A stretch of 64,000 bases of DNA from Tepidisphaera sp. Lineage in GTDB: Bacteria > Planctomycetota > Phycisphaerae > Phycisphaerales > UBA1924. Each line of letters opens with the position of its first letter. Position 1 is the stretch's first letter. A program made the translations under genes and the position numbers. Shown piece after piece: positions 35,508 to 45,450 of this stretch. The notes beneath the pieces were generated by a model. That model saw only the letters and a program-made list of their open reading frames with translations. It did no database searches and had not been told where the DNA came from. The DNA lies in contig CP051526.1 of NCBI GenBank assembly GCA_050916045.1, positions 416,001-480,000 on the forward strand, written 5' to 3'.

Positions 35508-37058
35508 TCAAGCCGCGATCGCGCCGGGGCGATCGGTCTTTGTCTGGGCTGTCGGATCAACGACGAGTTTGGGCTCGGTCGCGGCTCCGGACTTCATCTC
35601 GGGCACGTACCGGCGGATGACTTCGACGACGGTTTCGCGGCTGGTTTCGCTTCGGACGAGGGAGAGGTCGGCGACGAGCGCGGGGAGGTTGGCCCGTTCG
35701 CCGGCGTCGCCGAGCCAGGCCCGGATACCGGGGTGGGCCGTTGGCGCGAGACGCTCGCGGTCGTACGCGAGTTCTTCGTGGAGCTTTTCTCCGGGACGGG
35801 TGCCGGTGAGGGTGATCCGCATGGACGCGGGGTCTTCGTCATCGGCGGTGACGGGGGTGTAACCGCGCGAGCGCACGAACCGGTGGGCGAGGTCGAAGAT
35901 GCGGAGGGGTTCGCCCATGTCCAGGACGTAGAGCGGGGCTGCGGGCACGTCGCCCGTGAGCGCCGCGGCTTGAACGACGAGGGTCGCGGCTTCGTTGATG
36001 GTCATGAAGTAGCGGGTCATGCGCTCATCGGTGACGGTGACGGGACCACCGCGCTCGATCTGGCTTGCCCAGATCGGGAGGACACTGCACGCGGAGCCGA
36101 GGACGTTGCCGAAGCGGACGGCGGCGAATCGCGTGGCGGTGGGGGAGACGGCCCGGCCCTGGCGGTGCAGAGCCTGAACGTAGATCTCGGCGAGGCGCTT
36201 GGTGGCGCCCATCACGCTGCTGGGGTTGACGGCTTTGTCAGAGGAGATGAGCACGAACCGCGTGACGCCGGTGGCGAGGGAAGCGTCGGCGACGGACTTG
36301 GTGCCGAAGAGGTTGTTGGTCACCGCGTGCGAGGGGTGATCTTCCATGAGCGGGACGTGTTTGTGCGCCGCGGCGTGGAAGACGGTGTTGGGTCGGATGT
36401 TCGTGAAGTGCCGGAGGGTCGCGTCGGCGTCGGTGACGTCGTGGAGAACGGCTTTGCGGTGGACCTTGGGGAAGCGCTCGGCGAGTTCGCGGTCGATCTC
36501 GAAGAGAGCGTTCTCGGAGCGCTCCATGAGCACGATAAGCGAGGGCTCGAAGCTCGCGACGATGCGTGCGAGCTCGCTTCCGATGGAGCCGCCCGCGCCG
36601 GTGATGAGCACGCGCTTGCCGGTGATCGTCTCGGCGACGGCTCGTCGGTCGATCGCGTGCGGCCGGCGGCCGATGAGGTCGGCCCAGTTGGTCGTCGCGA
36701 GTGAAGCCGCAGGGGCGGCGGCTGCGGGCCGCGCGATCAGTTCGCTCAGCGGGGGGACATCACGCTGCGGCAGGCCGAGGGAAGCGAGAAGGGTCTGCAC
36801 GCGGCGGGCGAGCGCGGAAGCGTCCTGCGGCAGCGAAACGATGGCCAGGTCGGGTTTGACCGAAGCGACCAGCCGCGGCAGGGATTCCAGCGTGTCGAAA
36901 GCGGCGTCGGTCGAGCCCTCGGTGAGGACATGGCCGACGCAGGTCGGCGCGTTGGGCAGCAGGGCGAGCTGTTCGGAAAGGAGCGGGAGGGTCGAGGACG
37001 TCCCGATGAGGACGGCTTTGCTGGTGGTGTTGGGCTTGGAGATGGACTGGCTTTGCAT
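35508..37058 (-). CDS. CapD/PglF/WbpM-like nucleotide-sugar 4,6-dehydratase (Polysacc_synt_2) without N-terminal membrane domain
   Basis: ATG 37058 with GGAGG; 'ITGAGGSIGSEL', 'HAAAHKHVPLME', 'SDKAVNPSSVMGATK', 'VRFGNVLGS', 'RPGEKLHEEL'. Confidence 0.9.
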   Translation of the reverse strand: MQSQSISKPNTTSKAVLIGTSSTLPLLSEQLALLPNAPTCVGHVLTEGSTDAAFDTLESLPRLVASVKPDLAIVSLPQDASALARRVQTLLASLGLPQRDVPPLSELIARPAAAAPAASLATTNWADLIGRRPHAIDRRAVAETITGKRVLITGAGGSIGSELARIVASFEPSLIVLMERSENALFEIDRELAERFPKVHRKAVLHDVTDADATLRHFTNIRPNTVFHAAAHKHVPLMEDHPSHAVTNNLFGTKSVADASLATGVTRFVLISSDKAVNPSSVMGATKRLAEIYVQALHRQGRAVSPTATRFAAVRFGNVLGSACSVLPIWASQIERGGPVTVTDERMTRYFMTINEAATLVVQAAALTGDVPAAPLYVLDMGEPLRIFDLAHRFVRSRGYTPVTADDEDPASMRITLTGTRPGEKLHEELAYDRERLAPTAHPGIRAWLGDAGERANLPALVADLSLVRSETSRETVVEVIRRYVPEMKSGAATEPKLVVDPTAQTKTDRPGAIAA

Positions 37059-37227
37059 GGGGCCTCCGTGGTCGCGAACATCGGCCGCCGGGAGGGGGAC
37101 CCATGGCAATCAGGGGGCCCCGCGGCACGCCGAGTTCTCGGGCGGAGCGGCCCGAGCGGTTATCGAACCGCGTAACCACGGGCGGACGTGCTCCGTGAGG
37201 TTGCTTGGGGTCGACCTACCGTCCGCC

Positions 37228-37866
37228 ATGATCAGCCGGATCCGAGGAATCCTGGTCGAGGTGAGCGATGCGCACGCAGCTCAGATCGAGCCCGAAGGCT
37301 CGCCGCTGACGTACGAGGTGCTGCTCCCCGCGTATCTCGCGGAGCGCCTTCGCGGCGTGGTGGGCAAGCCCGTATCGCTTATCACGCTTGAGTATCTCGA
37401 GAGCCAGGGGCAGGGGACGTCGTTCATTCCGCGGCTGATCGGGTTCGCGAGCGAGAGCGATCGGCGGTTCTTTGATGTCTTCACCACGGTGAAAGGGATC
37501 GGGAACAAGAAGGCTCTTCGGGCGATGGCGGTCGAGCCCGCCTCGATCGCGCGGGCGATTGCGACCAAGAATGTCAAGGCCCTCGTCGAGCTTCCCGAGA
37601 TCGGTAAGCGGATGGCCGAGACGATCATCGCGGAGCTGAACGGCAAGGTTGATGTGTTCCTCGCCGCGAGCGAGATCGAGCAACTCGACCGCGCTGCGGA
37701 GAGCAGGCCCGTCGCACGCGGGACGGCGGAAGAGGAAGCCATCGAGGCGCTCATCGCCCTGGGCGAACAAAGGCCCGAAGCGGAGCGGAAGATCGCAAAG
37801 GTCGCAGCGCGGCTTGGAGCGAAGGCGACGACGGATCAGCTTGTGTCGGGCGTGTTCGGCGGTTGA
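37228..37866 (+). CDS. ruvA: Holliday junction branch migration protein RuvA
   Basis: 'MISRIRGIL', 'LIGF..DRRFF..VKGIGNKKAL', 'LPEIGKRMAETIIAELNGK', 'EAIEALIALG'. Confidence 0.92.
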   Translation: MISRIRGILVEVSDAHAAQIEPEGSPLTYEVLLPAYLAERLRGVVGKPVSLITLEYLESQGQGTSFIPRLIGFASESDRRFFDVFTTVKGIGNKKALRAMAVEPASIARAIATKNVKALVELPEIGKRMAETIIAELNGKVDVFLAASEIEQLDRAAESRPVARGTAEEEAIEALIALGEQRPEAERKIAKVAARLGAKATTDQLVSGVFGG

Positions 37867-37893
37867 TTTCAGATCAGGAGCGAAGCGCGCGGT

Positions 37894-39354
37894 TTAGCTT
37901 TGCAACTCTTCGGGCAGCAGATTCTGCGGCACGTTCTGATAGCACACCGGCCTGCACCAGCGGCTGATGGCTTGCGGGCCGACGGCGGTCGAGTCCGGGC
38001 GGTTGCATGATGGCATCGGGCCGCTATGGACCATCGCGGGCGAGACCTCGACGCCGGTGGGGACCCCGTTCACGATGAAGCGGCCCACGCGTGCCGTCAA
38101 CAGGTCGACAAACGGCAGAGCGTCATCCTTCGTGTCGGCCCAGAGCGTGCCCGTGAGGCTTCCGGGCAGATGAGCCACGGCTTGCTCCATCTCTTCGGTC
38201 GAGCGGCAGACGACGAGGATTGCGGCTGGGCCGAAGCACTCTTCGTGGAGCGACGGATTGGCGATGAAGTTCGCGGCATCCACGGTGAGCAGCGCGGGGC
38301 CCGGGCGGGTTTCGGAACCCGCGAGCATCGCGACGCCCGCGGCTTTCGCGTTGTCGGAAAGCCGCTTGAGGTATCCATCCTTGACGCGGGGCGTGAGCAT
38401 CGGCGCGGACGGAGCGGCGGCGAAGGCCGCGACGAGCGCGGCTTTGAACGCTTCGAATCCGGGGCCGAGGGATGCGAAGATGAGGCCCGGGCAGGTGCAC
38501 ATCTGGCCGTTGGACGCGGTGGCGCTGGCGGCGAGTTTGCTCGCAATTTCCGCCGCGTTTGCAGCGAGGGCTTCGGGAAGGATCACGACGGGGTTGACGC
38601 TTCCCATTTCGGCGAAGACGGGGATGTGGTCGGGGCGTGCGGAGGCGAGGCGGACGAGAGCCATGCCGCCGGAGGTTGAGCCGGTGAAGCCGACGGCTTT
38701 GATCGCCGGGTGCGTGACGAGTTCTTTGCCGACGTCGATGTCGCGGTCGCCGCCGGACTGGAGGAGCTTGAACGTGCCCGGGTGCAAGCCGGCTTTGGCG
38801 ACGGCGCGGTCGAGAGCCTGGGCGACCATCGCGCCGGTGGCGGGGTGCGCGGGGTGGCCCTTGACGATGACGGGGCAGCCCGCGGCGAGCGCGGAAGCGG
38901 TGTCGCCGCCCGCGACGGAATAGGCCAGCGGGAAGTTGCTGGCGCCGAAGACCGCGACGGGGCCGAGGGGCCGAAGCATGCGGCGGAGGTCGGGTTTGGG
39001 AAGCGGCGTGCGTGCGGGGTCGGCGCGGTCGATCGCGGCGTCGATCCACGAGCCTTCACGCACGACGTTTGCGAACATGCGGAGCTGGAAGACGGTGCGG
39101 TCGCGCTCGCCGGCGAGGCGTGGCTTGGCGGGAAGGCCGGTTTCGGCCGCGGCAGTGTCGAGGAGCGCATCGCCGAGGGCGATGATCTCGTCGGCGGCGG
39201 CTTCGAGCATCGCGGCCCGCGCCGCCCGAGGCAGGCCCGCGCGGAAAGCGTCCAAAGCGTGCCGGGCGGCGGTGTCGACGTCGGCTGCGGAAGCGGCGGT
39301 AAAGTTTGCGCCTTGTTGTCCGTTGCCCGGATTGATGTTGGAAAATGTGGCCAT
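37894..39354 (-). CDS. NADP-dependent aldehyde dehydrogenase (alpha-ketoglutaric semialdehyde dehydrogenase-like)
   Basis: Start reassigned to ATG 39354; 'FGASNFPLAYSVAGGDTASALAAGCPVIVKGHPAHP', 'GFTGS', 'FAEMGSVNP', 'GQMCTCPG', 'EECFGP'. Confidence 0.9.
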   Translation of the reverse strand: MATFSNINPGNGQQGANFTAASAADVDTAARHALDAFRAGLPRAARAAMLEAAADEIIALGDALLDTAAAETGLPAKPRLAGERDRTVFQLRMFANVVREGSWIDAAIDRADPARTPLPKPDLRRMLRPLGPVAVFGASNFPLAYSVAGGDTASALAAGCPVIVKGHPAHPATGAMVAQALDRAVAKAGLHPGTFKLLQSGGDRDIDVGKELVTHPAIKAVGFTGSTSGGMALVRLASARPDHIPVFAEMGSVNPVVILPEALAANAAEIASKLAASATASNGQMCTCPGLIFASLGPGFEAFKAALVAAFAAAPSAPMLTPRVKDGYLKRLSDNAKAAGVAMLAGSETRPGPALLTVDAANFIANPSLHEECFGPAAILVVCRSTEEMEQAVAHLPGSLTGTLWADTKDDALPFVDLLTARVGRFIVNGVPTGVEVSPAMVHSGPMPSCNRPDSTAVGPQAISRWCRPVCYQNVPQNLLPEELQS

Positions 39355-39468
39355 GCGTGAGGGTAGTGGCGGGTTGGCTTGAGGGTGGACGGACCGGGCG
39401 GGCGGCCTATATTGATGCCGGTCTATACTCGTGGACATATCCACGGGGACTCTTAAGGAGACTGATTC

Positions 39469-40098
39469 ATGAAATGCATCGCTTGCTGGTCGATCGGTTC
39501 CGCGGCTCTTCTGGCTGTCGTCGGCTCCACGCTGATCGGGTTCGCCCCGGCTCCGGCGCCGTCCGCTCCGGCGGCACCCGCGCTGGCGGCGTACGAGATC
39601 GACACGGTCCACTCGTCGGTGGTCTTCAAGGTTCAGCACGCGGGCGTGTCGAACTTCTACGGCACGTTCCAGAAGCTGACGGGCTCGCTTGAGTGGGACA
39701 AGGCGTCCCCCGAGTCGATGAAGCTCACGGCGACGATCGACGCGGGCAGCGTGAACTCGGCGAACACCAAGCGCGATGATCACCTCAAGGGCCCGGACTT
39801 CTTCAACGCGAAGGAGCACGCGGCGATCACCTTCAAGTCCACCGCCGTCAAGAAGACCGGCGAGGGCACGTTCGACGTCACCGGCGACGTGACCATGCTC
39901 GGCAAGACCAAGCCCGTCACCGCCAAGGTCGTCTTGACCGGCGAGAAGGACGCGGGCAACTTCGGCTACCGCGTGGGCATGGAAGCGACCTTCACGATCA
40001 AGCGGTCGGACTTCGGCATGACCTACGGCGTCGCGCAGGGTTCGCTGGGCGACGAGGTTGCGGTCACCGTCGGGTTCGCCGGCGTCAAGGCCAAGTAA
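39469..40098 (+). CDS. YceI-family periplasmic lipid/polyisoprenoid-binding protein
   Basis: Signal peptide; 'YEIDTVHSSVVF', 'RDDHLKGPDFF', 'IKRSDFGM'. Confidence 0.92.
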   Translation: MKCIACWSIGSAALLAVVGSTLIGFAPAPAPSAPAAPALAAYEIDTVHSSVVFKVQHAGVSNFYGTFQKLTGSLEWDKASPESMKLTATIDAGSVNSANTKRDDHLKGPDFFNAKEHAAITFKSTAVKKTGEGTFDVTGDVTMLGKTKPVTAKVVLTGEKDAGNFGYRVGMEATFTIKRSDFGMTYGVAQGSLGDEVAVTVGFAGVKAK

Positions 40099-40202
40099 GC
40101 GTGTCCACCGACATGCTCGGGTGCTGATTCCATTCGCCCACGGACCGATCCATCGTCGGCGTGGGCGATTTTCTTGGGCGGCGGGGGACAGGAGCGATCC
40201 CA

Positions 40203-41111
40203 ATGGACCCGATGTTTCTCGTCAAGTCGGTGCTGATCCCCCTCGTCTTCGCGAGCGTGGTGGCCGGGGTGGCGTTCCTGGTCGCCCGGCGCACGCCGGG
40301 GACGCCGCTGGTCCGGTTGGCCGGAGCGATCGCGGTGGCTGGAGCGTTCGTCCTTGGCGTGCCGCTGATCCTGGGACGGGTTCCGGAGTGGAAGCCCGCG
40401 CAAGCGGCGGAGTGGCTGCCGTACCTGGGGCTTGTCGTGCTTGCGATCGGCGTGGTCGATGCGCTGCTGCCGAGAAAGGTGTGGGCTTCGGTGGTGGTTG
40501 GGGCGTTGCTTGCGGGCGCGGCGTGGGCGGCGCTGGAGGGGCCGCTTGCGTCGGCCGTGGCGCGGATCAAGGGTGAACCGGGCGGCTCGGCGCTCCCGTG
40601 GCTGATGGGCTTGATGATCGTCGTGCCGGCGCTGGCGGGTCGCGCCGGAGCGAAGCACACGCCGAACGCGGGGCCGGTGTTCGCGCTTGGCTTGATGACG
40701 GCGTGCTCGATCGCGGGGGTGTTGCTTTCGGGCACGGCGATGTTCGCGCAGTTTGTCGCGTTGCTCGGGCTTGGGCTCGCGCCGTTCGGCGTGGCGACGC
40801 TGATCCGCAAGCCTTGGGCGAGCGATCGGGGGCTGATCGTGACGTTCGCTTCCCTTCACGCGTTGATGTGGCTTGTGACACACTTCTATGCCACCAAGGA
40901 CGGGGTGTGGGCGGCGACGGCTTTGTTCTGCGTGGCGCCGGCGGGGCTTCTGATTGCCCGCGTGCCGATGCTTGCCAAGCGGCCGACGCTTGCGGGCGTG
41001 GCACAAGTCTGTGCCGTGCTTGCGATGGGGATCGCCGGAGCGGCGACGGTCGTTGCGACGCAGCCGGCGCCGGAAGCGGGCGAAGCGGATGTTTCCGATC
41101 TGTACAAGTGA
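40203..41111 (+). CDS. Multi-pass membrane protein, unknown function
   Basis: About 10 hydrophobic segments; GGAG before ATG 40203. Confidence 0.75.
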   Translation: MDPMFLVKSVLIPLVFASVVAGVAFLVARRTPGTPLVRLAGAIAVAGAFVLGVPLILGRVPEWKPAQAAEWLPYLGLVVLAIGVVDALLPRKVWASVVVGALLAGAAWAALEGPLASAVARIKGEPGGSALPWLMGLMIVVPALAGRAGAKHTPNAGPVFALGLMTACSIAGVLLSGTAMFAQFVALLGLGLAPFGVATLIRKPWASDRGLIVTFASLHALMWLVTHFYATKDGVWAATALFCVAPAGLLIARVPMLAKRPTLAGVAQVCAVLAMGIAGAATVVATQPAPEAGEADVSDLYK

Positions 41112-41166
41112 ACATCGGATCGCGTGAAGCGTTGATGGTTCGGGCGGCTCCCGGTATTCTGCGTGC

Positions 41167-41961
41167 ATGCTGATGTACGCCGAGCCGCAGCCTTCGATCA
41201 CCGAGGTCCTCTTCGTCGTTCCGCAGAAAGAGCCAGGGGACGCCAACAAGGACGGCAAGCGGAGTGCGACGGCGGATGAGTTCGTCGAGCTTTGCAACCT
41301 CACTGACAGACCCGTGGATCTCAAGGGCTGGGCGCTCATCGATTCGGACTCGTGGGCGTTTCTCACCGAGAAGGGGAAGAAGCCTTGGGCGACGGTGGTC
41401 GCGAGTGACGGCAAGCACAAAGCCGACGGCAAGGACTGGCTCTTCGTGTTCCCAAGCTGCACGCTCAAGCCCGGCGAGCGGGCGGTGGTCTTCAACGGGT
41501 TCGAGCAGAAGCCCAAGGGGAAGGTCGGGTCGCACGAAGCGTCGTTGGGGAAGAGCGACGAGTTCGCCGGAGCGTTCGTCTTTGCGATGAAGGTCGAGAC
41601 CGCGAAGGTCGGGTTCGGGAACGACGGCGACTGGATCGCGCTCGTCTCGCCCGCCGGGAAGATCGTCGAAGTCGTCAAGTGGGGCAAGCCCGATCAAGCG
41701 ACGCCCGCGGATGCCTCGGGCGTCGTCGAAGCACCCGCGGAGCCGCACGGCAGCGTGCAGCGCGAAAGCACGAGCGGCCAAGTGGGCGGAAAATTCGTCG
41801 ACCACGCGACGCTCGGGGACAAGACCAAGCTCTTCAGCCCCGGGGAGTTCGAAGCGTCGAAGAAGGATGGCAAGGACGCCAAGCCACCTTCCAAAAAGCC
41901 CGACGCCAAAGAGAAGCGGGAGGAGCCGACCGCTCCTCCCGCGAAACCTGATCTGAAATGA
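41167..41961 (+). CDS. Lamin-tail-domain (LTD)-like protein
   Basis: 'ITEVL', 'DANKDG', 'DEFVELCN..PVDLKGWALID', 'LKPGERAVVF', 'NDGDWIAL'. Confidence 0.75.
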   Translation: MLMYAEPQPSITEVLFVVPQKEPGDANKDGKRSATADEFVELCNLTDRPVDLKGWALIDSDSWAFLTEKGKKPWATVVASDGKHKADGKDWLFVFPSCTLKPGERAVVFNGFEQKPKGKVGSHEASLGKSDEFAGAFVFAMKVETAKVGFGNDGDWIALVSPAGKIVEVVKWGKPDQATPADASGVVEAPAEPHGSVQRESTSGQVGGKFVDHATLGDKTKLFSPGEFEASKKDGKDAKPPSKKPDAKEKREEPTAPPAKPDLK

Positions 41962-41967
41962 TGACGC

Positions 41968-42180
41968 TTAGGTCGGGGTCGGGCCCGGGCCGGATTCTTC
42001 CGGCGGCGGCTCCGCGGACGGTTCTCCGACGGGTCCCTTTCCGCGAGCCCGCACCGCTTCGCGGAGGATGTACTCGATCTGCGCGTTGAGGGAACGCAGG
42101 TCGTCCGCGGCCCATCGCGAGAGGGAAGCCCACAGCGCGGGGTTGATGCGGAGCAGGATGGACTTGCGTTCGTCGGGCAT
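41968..42180 (-). CDS. Arc/ribbon-helix-helix DNA-binding protein
   Basis: '[39 protein letters not shown]' is a classic RHH pattern; lies directly downstream of the SPFH gene. Confidence 0.85.
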   Translation of the reverse strand: MPDERKSILLRINPALWASLSRWAADDLRSLNAQIEYILREAVRARGKGPVGEPSAEPPPEESGPGPTPT

Positions 42181-42207
42181 GGCTTTCCGCTGCGTTCGGG
42201 CTTGCGT

Positions 42208-43116
42208 TTAGTAGATGGTCCCGGTGTTGACGATGGGTTGGGCGCTGTGGTCGCCGCAGAGAACGACCATGAGGTTGCTGACCATCGCGGCTTTGCGCTC
42301 GTCGTCGAGGGTGATCATCTTGGACTTGCTCATGTGGTCCAGAGCGGATTCGACCATGCCGACGGCGCCCTCGACGATCTTCATGCGAGCGGCGACGACG
42401 GCTTCGGCCTGCTGTCGGCGTAGCATCGCGCCCGCGATCTCGGGGGCGTAGGCGAGGTGGCTGAGGCGGGCTTCGTCGATCACGATGCCGGCTTTGTCGA
42501 GGCGTGCCTGAAGTTCAGCGCTCAAAGCGACGCTGATGTCGTCCATGCTGCCGCGCAGGCTTTTGATCGGCTCGCGGCCGACGTCGTAGTGGCCGTCGTA
42601 GGGATAGCTCGAAGCCAGGTGCCGGACGGCGGACTCGGACTGGATCTTGACGAAGTTGACGTAGTCATCGACGTCGAACGCGGCTTTCGCGGTGTCGACG
42701 ACGCGCCAGACGACGACGGCCGCGATCTCGATAGGGCTGCCGGCCAGGTCGTTGACCTTCAGCGTCTCCGTGTTGATGTTGCGGACGCGGAGAGAGATCT
42801 TCGTCTTGCTCAGGAACGGGTTGGCCCACCACAAGCCATCCTTGCGGACCGTGCCCTTGTACTCGCCGAAAAGCGTGAGCACCGCGGCGGTGTTGGGCTG
42901 CACCGTGATGAACCCGCAGAGCACGATGACCCAAGACACGATGCCCAGCACGCCCGTCACCATGCCCGCGATCGGCAAGGGCCTCGGCCCGCCGAACCGC
43001 TCGTTCATGTTGACGCCGGACCAGATCATGAGCCCGATCATCGCCGGGAGCAGCAAGAACGCCACGACCAGCATCGTCCATCCGGAACTTGGTTTTGACT
43101 CGCGTTCAACCACCAT
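42208..43116 (-). CDS. SPFH/band-7 domain membrane protein
   Basis: ATG 43116 with AAGGAGG; two TM segments; 'LKVNDLAGSPIEIAAVVVW', 'QSESAVR', 'HLAYAPEIAGAMLRRQQA'. Confidence 0.92.
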   Translation of the reverse strand: MVVERESKPSSGWTMLVVAFLLLPAMIGLMIWSGVNMNERFGGPRPLPIAGMVTGVLGIVSWVIVLCGFITVQPNTAAVLTLFGEYKGTVRKDGLWWANPFLSKTKISLRVRNINTETLKVNDLAGSPIEIAAVVVWRVVDTAKAAFDVDDYVNFVKIQSESAVRHLASSYPYDGHYDVGREPIKSLRGSMDDISVALSAELQARLDKAGIVIDEARLSHLAYAPEIAGAMLRRQQAEAVVAARMKIVEGAVGMVESALDHMSKSKMITLDDERKAAMVSNLMVVLCGDHSAQPIVNTGTIY

Positions 43117-43137
43117 GAGTGCCTCCTTGAGACAGAA

Positions 43138-43156
43138 TGATATCACAAATATACCA
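43138..43156. promoter_or_regulatory. Candidate RHH operator upstream of the SPFH-RHH operon
   Basis: Perfect palindrome TGATATCA (43138-43145) plus a degenerate second box (TGGTATAT on the minus strand, 43149-43156) 3 nt away, AT-rich in a GC-rich background. Confidence 0.55.
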
Positions 43157-43349
43157 CTGAGCAAGTCTTCGGTTGTTCTTTGCGGCAACTTCACAAGGCT
43201 GGGAAGGTAAATAAGTCCGATAACAGGTGTTCAGGGCTGTGTGCGCCTGAGGGCGGCATCGGGCCAACCCCGGGGAAGGGCCGGGGGATTGCTCGGGGGT
43301 GGCTTCCTCGAACATCGAACGCTTCTCGAACGCGTTCGTATGATCTCGC

Positions 43350-44558
43350 GTGCTGTGGCAACCCTCTCTTCCCGAACGCTACCTGAAGCTTTCCCCCGAT
43401 GAACTGGCGGAAGCGATCGCCGCGCGGCGGAAAGAGCTTGGGGACAAGCTCTTTATCCTCGGGCACCACTACCAGACCGACGAGGTCGTCCGGCACGCGG
43501 ATGTGACGGGCGACAGCCTCAAGCTGAGCCAGATCGCGGCCAAGGTCGCCGCTGAGCGGCCGGTGAAGTGGGTCGTCTTCTGCGGTGTCCACTTCATGGC
43601 CGAGTCGGCGGACATGCTCACACCCGAGCACGTCGAGGTGATCCTGCCGGACCTGTCGGCGGGGTGCTCGATGGCGGACATGGCTCAGTACGACGACACC
43701 GTGCAAGCGTGGGATGACCTCCATGACACCCTTATCGAGCAGGGGTGGAAGGGCCGGATCATCCCGATCACGTACGTGAACTCCTCCGCGGCGATCAAAG
43801 CGTTCGTCGGGGCTCGCGGCGGCGCGTGCTGCACCAGCAGCAACGCCAAGCGGGTCTTTGAATGGGCCGTCGCCGAAGCGGGCGAAGATGGCAAGATCCT
43901 CTTCCTGCCCGACCAGCACCTGGGTCGGAACACGGCTCACGCGTTCGGGATCGATGTCGCGAACGAATCGTGCATCTATGACCCGCGGCAGACGCGGCGC
44001 GGCGAGGCTCTCGGCGGAGCGACGCCCGAGCAGGTCCTTCGGTCGAAGGTGATCCTGTGGGCCGGGCACTGCTCGGTGCACAAGCTTTTCCGGCCCGAGC
44101 ACATCGACCAGATCCGCGAAGCGGACAAGACCGCCGCCGAGCGGACGACGATCCTCGTGCATCCCGAGTGCGCGAAGGAGGTTGTGGACAAAGCCGACCT
44201 CGCGGGGTCGACCGAGTTCATCATCAACACGATCCGGGCCGCCAAGCCGGGGAGCCGTTGGGCGATAGGGACGGAGTTTCACCTGGTCGCGCGGCTTGCG
44301 AAGGAAGCGGCGGCTCGCGAAGGTGGAGCGGTGCACGTCCGGATCCTGTCGGACTGTCAGTGCTTGTGCACGACGATGTACCGGATCGACCAGCCGCACC
44401 TGCTCTGGGTGCTTGACAACCTTGCGGGCGACTATTCGAAGGATGGCTCACCGAAGGTGGTGAACGCGATCCGGGTGCATCCGGAAGCGAGGCGGGATGC
44501 GTTGCTGGCGCTGGACCGGATGTTGTCGCTTTCGACGCCGGTGGCGGCCAAGGACTGA
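43350..44558 (+). CDS. nadA: Quinolinate synthase A
   Basis: 'ILGHHYQ', 'GDSLKL', 'FCGVHFMAE', 'AGCSMADM', 'YVNSSA', 'GHCSVH', 'VHPEC', 'CLCTTM'. Confidence 0.96.
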   Translation: MLWQPSLPERYLKLSPDELAEAIAARRKELGDKLFILGHHYQTDEVVRHADVTGDSLKLSQIAAKVAAERPVKWVVFCGVHFMAESADMLTPEHVEVILPDLSAGCSMADMAQYDDTVQAWDDLHDTLIEQGWKGRIIPITYVNSSAAIKAFVGARGGACCTSSNAKRVFEWAVAEAGEDGKILFLPDQHLGRNTAHAFGIDVANESCIYDPRQTRRGEALGGATPEQVLRSKVILWAGHCSVHKLFRPEHIDQIREADKTAAERTTILVHPECAKEVVDKADLAGSTEFIINTIRAAKPGSRWAIGTEFHLVARLAKEAAAREGGAVHVRILSDCQCLCTTMYRIDQPHLLWVLDNLAGDYSKDGSPKVVNAIRVHPEARRDALLALDRMLSLSTPVAAKD

Positions 44559-45131
44559 ATCGCACAACTGTGTGAGATGAGGAAAGTAAAGCCATCGGCG
44601 CTCTCCCTCTCGAATGAAGAACTCATCGAGAGGCCGAGGAAACGGATCTGGCTCGTCCGCGACGCAGTATCTCAGGCCGATAGCGGAGCTGACTTCGCTG
44701 CTAACGCCACCTTCAAGCGCGACGGAAAAGTGTCCCACCGGACCCGGTCTTCGCCACATCTCCTCTCCGTGCTCATCATAAAACCGACGACGATGGCCAC
44801 ACCAAAACTGATGACGATTGAGCACCTCATAGGATGTTTCGGAAAGCCGCCGCTTGTGCTGAAACCATCCGCCGCGCCAGAGCACGTTGTAGGTCACGAG
44901 CGGGGGGATCAGCAGGTCACGGACTGGAATTGGCGTGATATCCGTGAGGTCGTAGCGAGACTTGTAGAGATAGACAAGAATGAGACCCTCCTCGCTGCAG
45001 GGCAAGCGATTGAACTTGATGTTCGTTCGCACAACGATGCCAGACCTCACAATCTGATCGGCCATGACAAACTCAAACAGGTCGCCTTGCTCCACGATTC
45101 TGCGGGAGCGCGGCCCTTGAAGCAGATTCAT
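44448..45131 (-). CDS. Orphan Imm26-like immunity protein with atypical composition; its 3' end reads into nadA
   Basis: From ATG 45131: 'PRSRRIVEQGDLFEF..GIVVRT..ILVYLY..DLLIPPL..WRGGWF..HQF..RRFYDEHG..VSSAIGL', which resembles Imm26 proteins from memory; noticeably AT-richer codons. Confidence 0.55.
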   Translation of the reverse strand: MNLLQGPRSRRIVEQGDLFEFVMADQIVRSGIVVRTNIKFNRLPCSEEGLILVYLYKSRYDLTDITPIPVRDLLIPPLVTYNVLWRGGWFQHKRRLSETSYEVLNRHQFWCGHRRRFYDEHGEEMWRRPGPVGHFSVALEGGVSSEVSSAIGLRYCVADEPDPFPRPLDEFFIREGERRWLYFPHLTQLCDSVLGRHRRRKRQHPVQRQQRIPPRFRMHPDRVHHLR

Positions 45132-45450
45132 GATGAATCGCGAGTCCTCTTTCAACGAAGTCCCGATCGGAGTCAGTTTGAACGTCGCTGCCGCGTGGCA
45201 GTGGCCGAGACCAGCATACCCAGCACACGAGCCGGGGACGCCGCCCAAGCCACCGGGTGAGTTCCGAACTGGTCCCAGAACGGTTCCGTGGGCGACCCTA
45301 TCCTCGTGGCCCGGAGCCGTCATGAGGTTTCGGGGTGGGTTTGGGGGCGGATTCGGCCGATGAAACCGGACGGTCCGGTGACGTTCAACACCGAACTTTC
45401 CGGACCTTCGGCCGTAGTGCGGGTTCAGTGAGCAGAGCGAGGAGTCAGTC

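Noticed and set aside
41968..42180. RHH gene as the antitoxin of a toxin-antitoxin pair
   Set aside because: No adjacent toxin-like ORF; the context fits a regulator of the SPFH gene.
44577..45260. Plus-strand 227-aa ORF after nadA
   Set aside because: It has no recognisable motifs, and the opposite strand gives an Imm26-like motif series. Not fully excluded.
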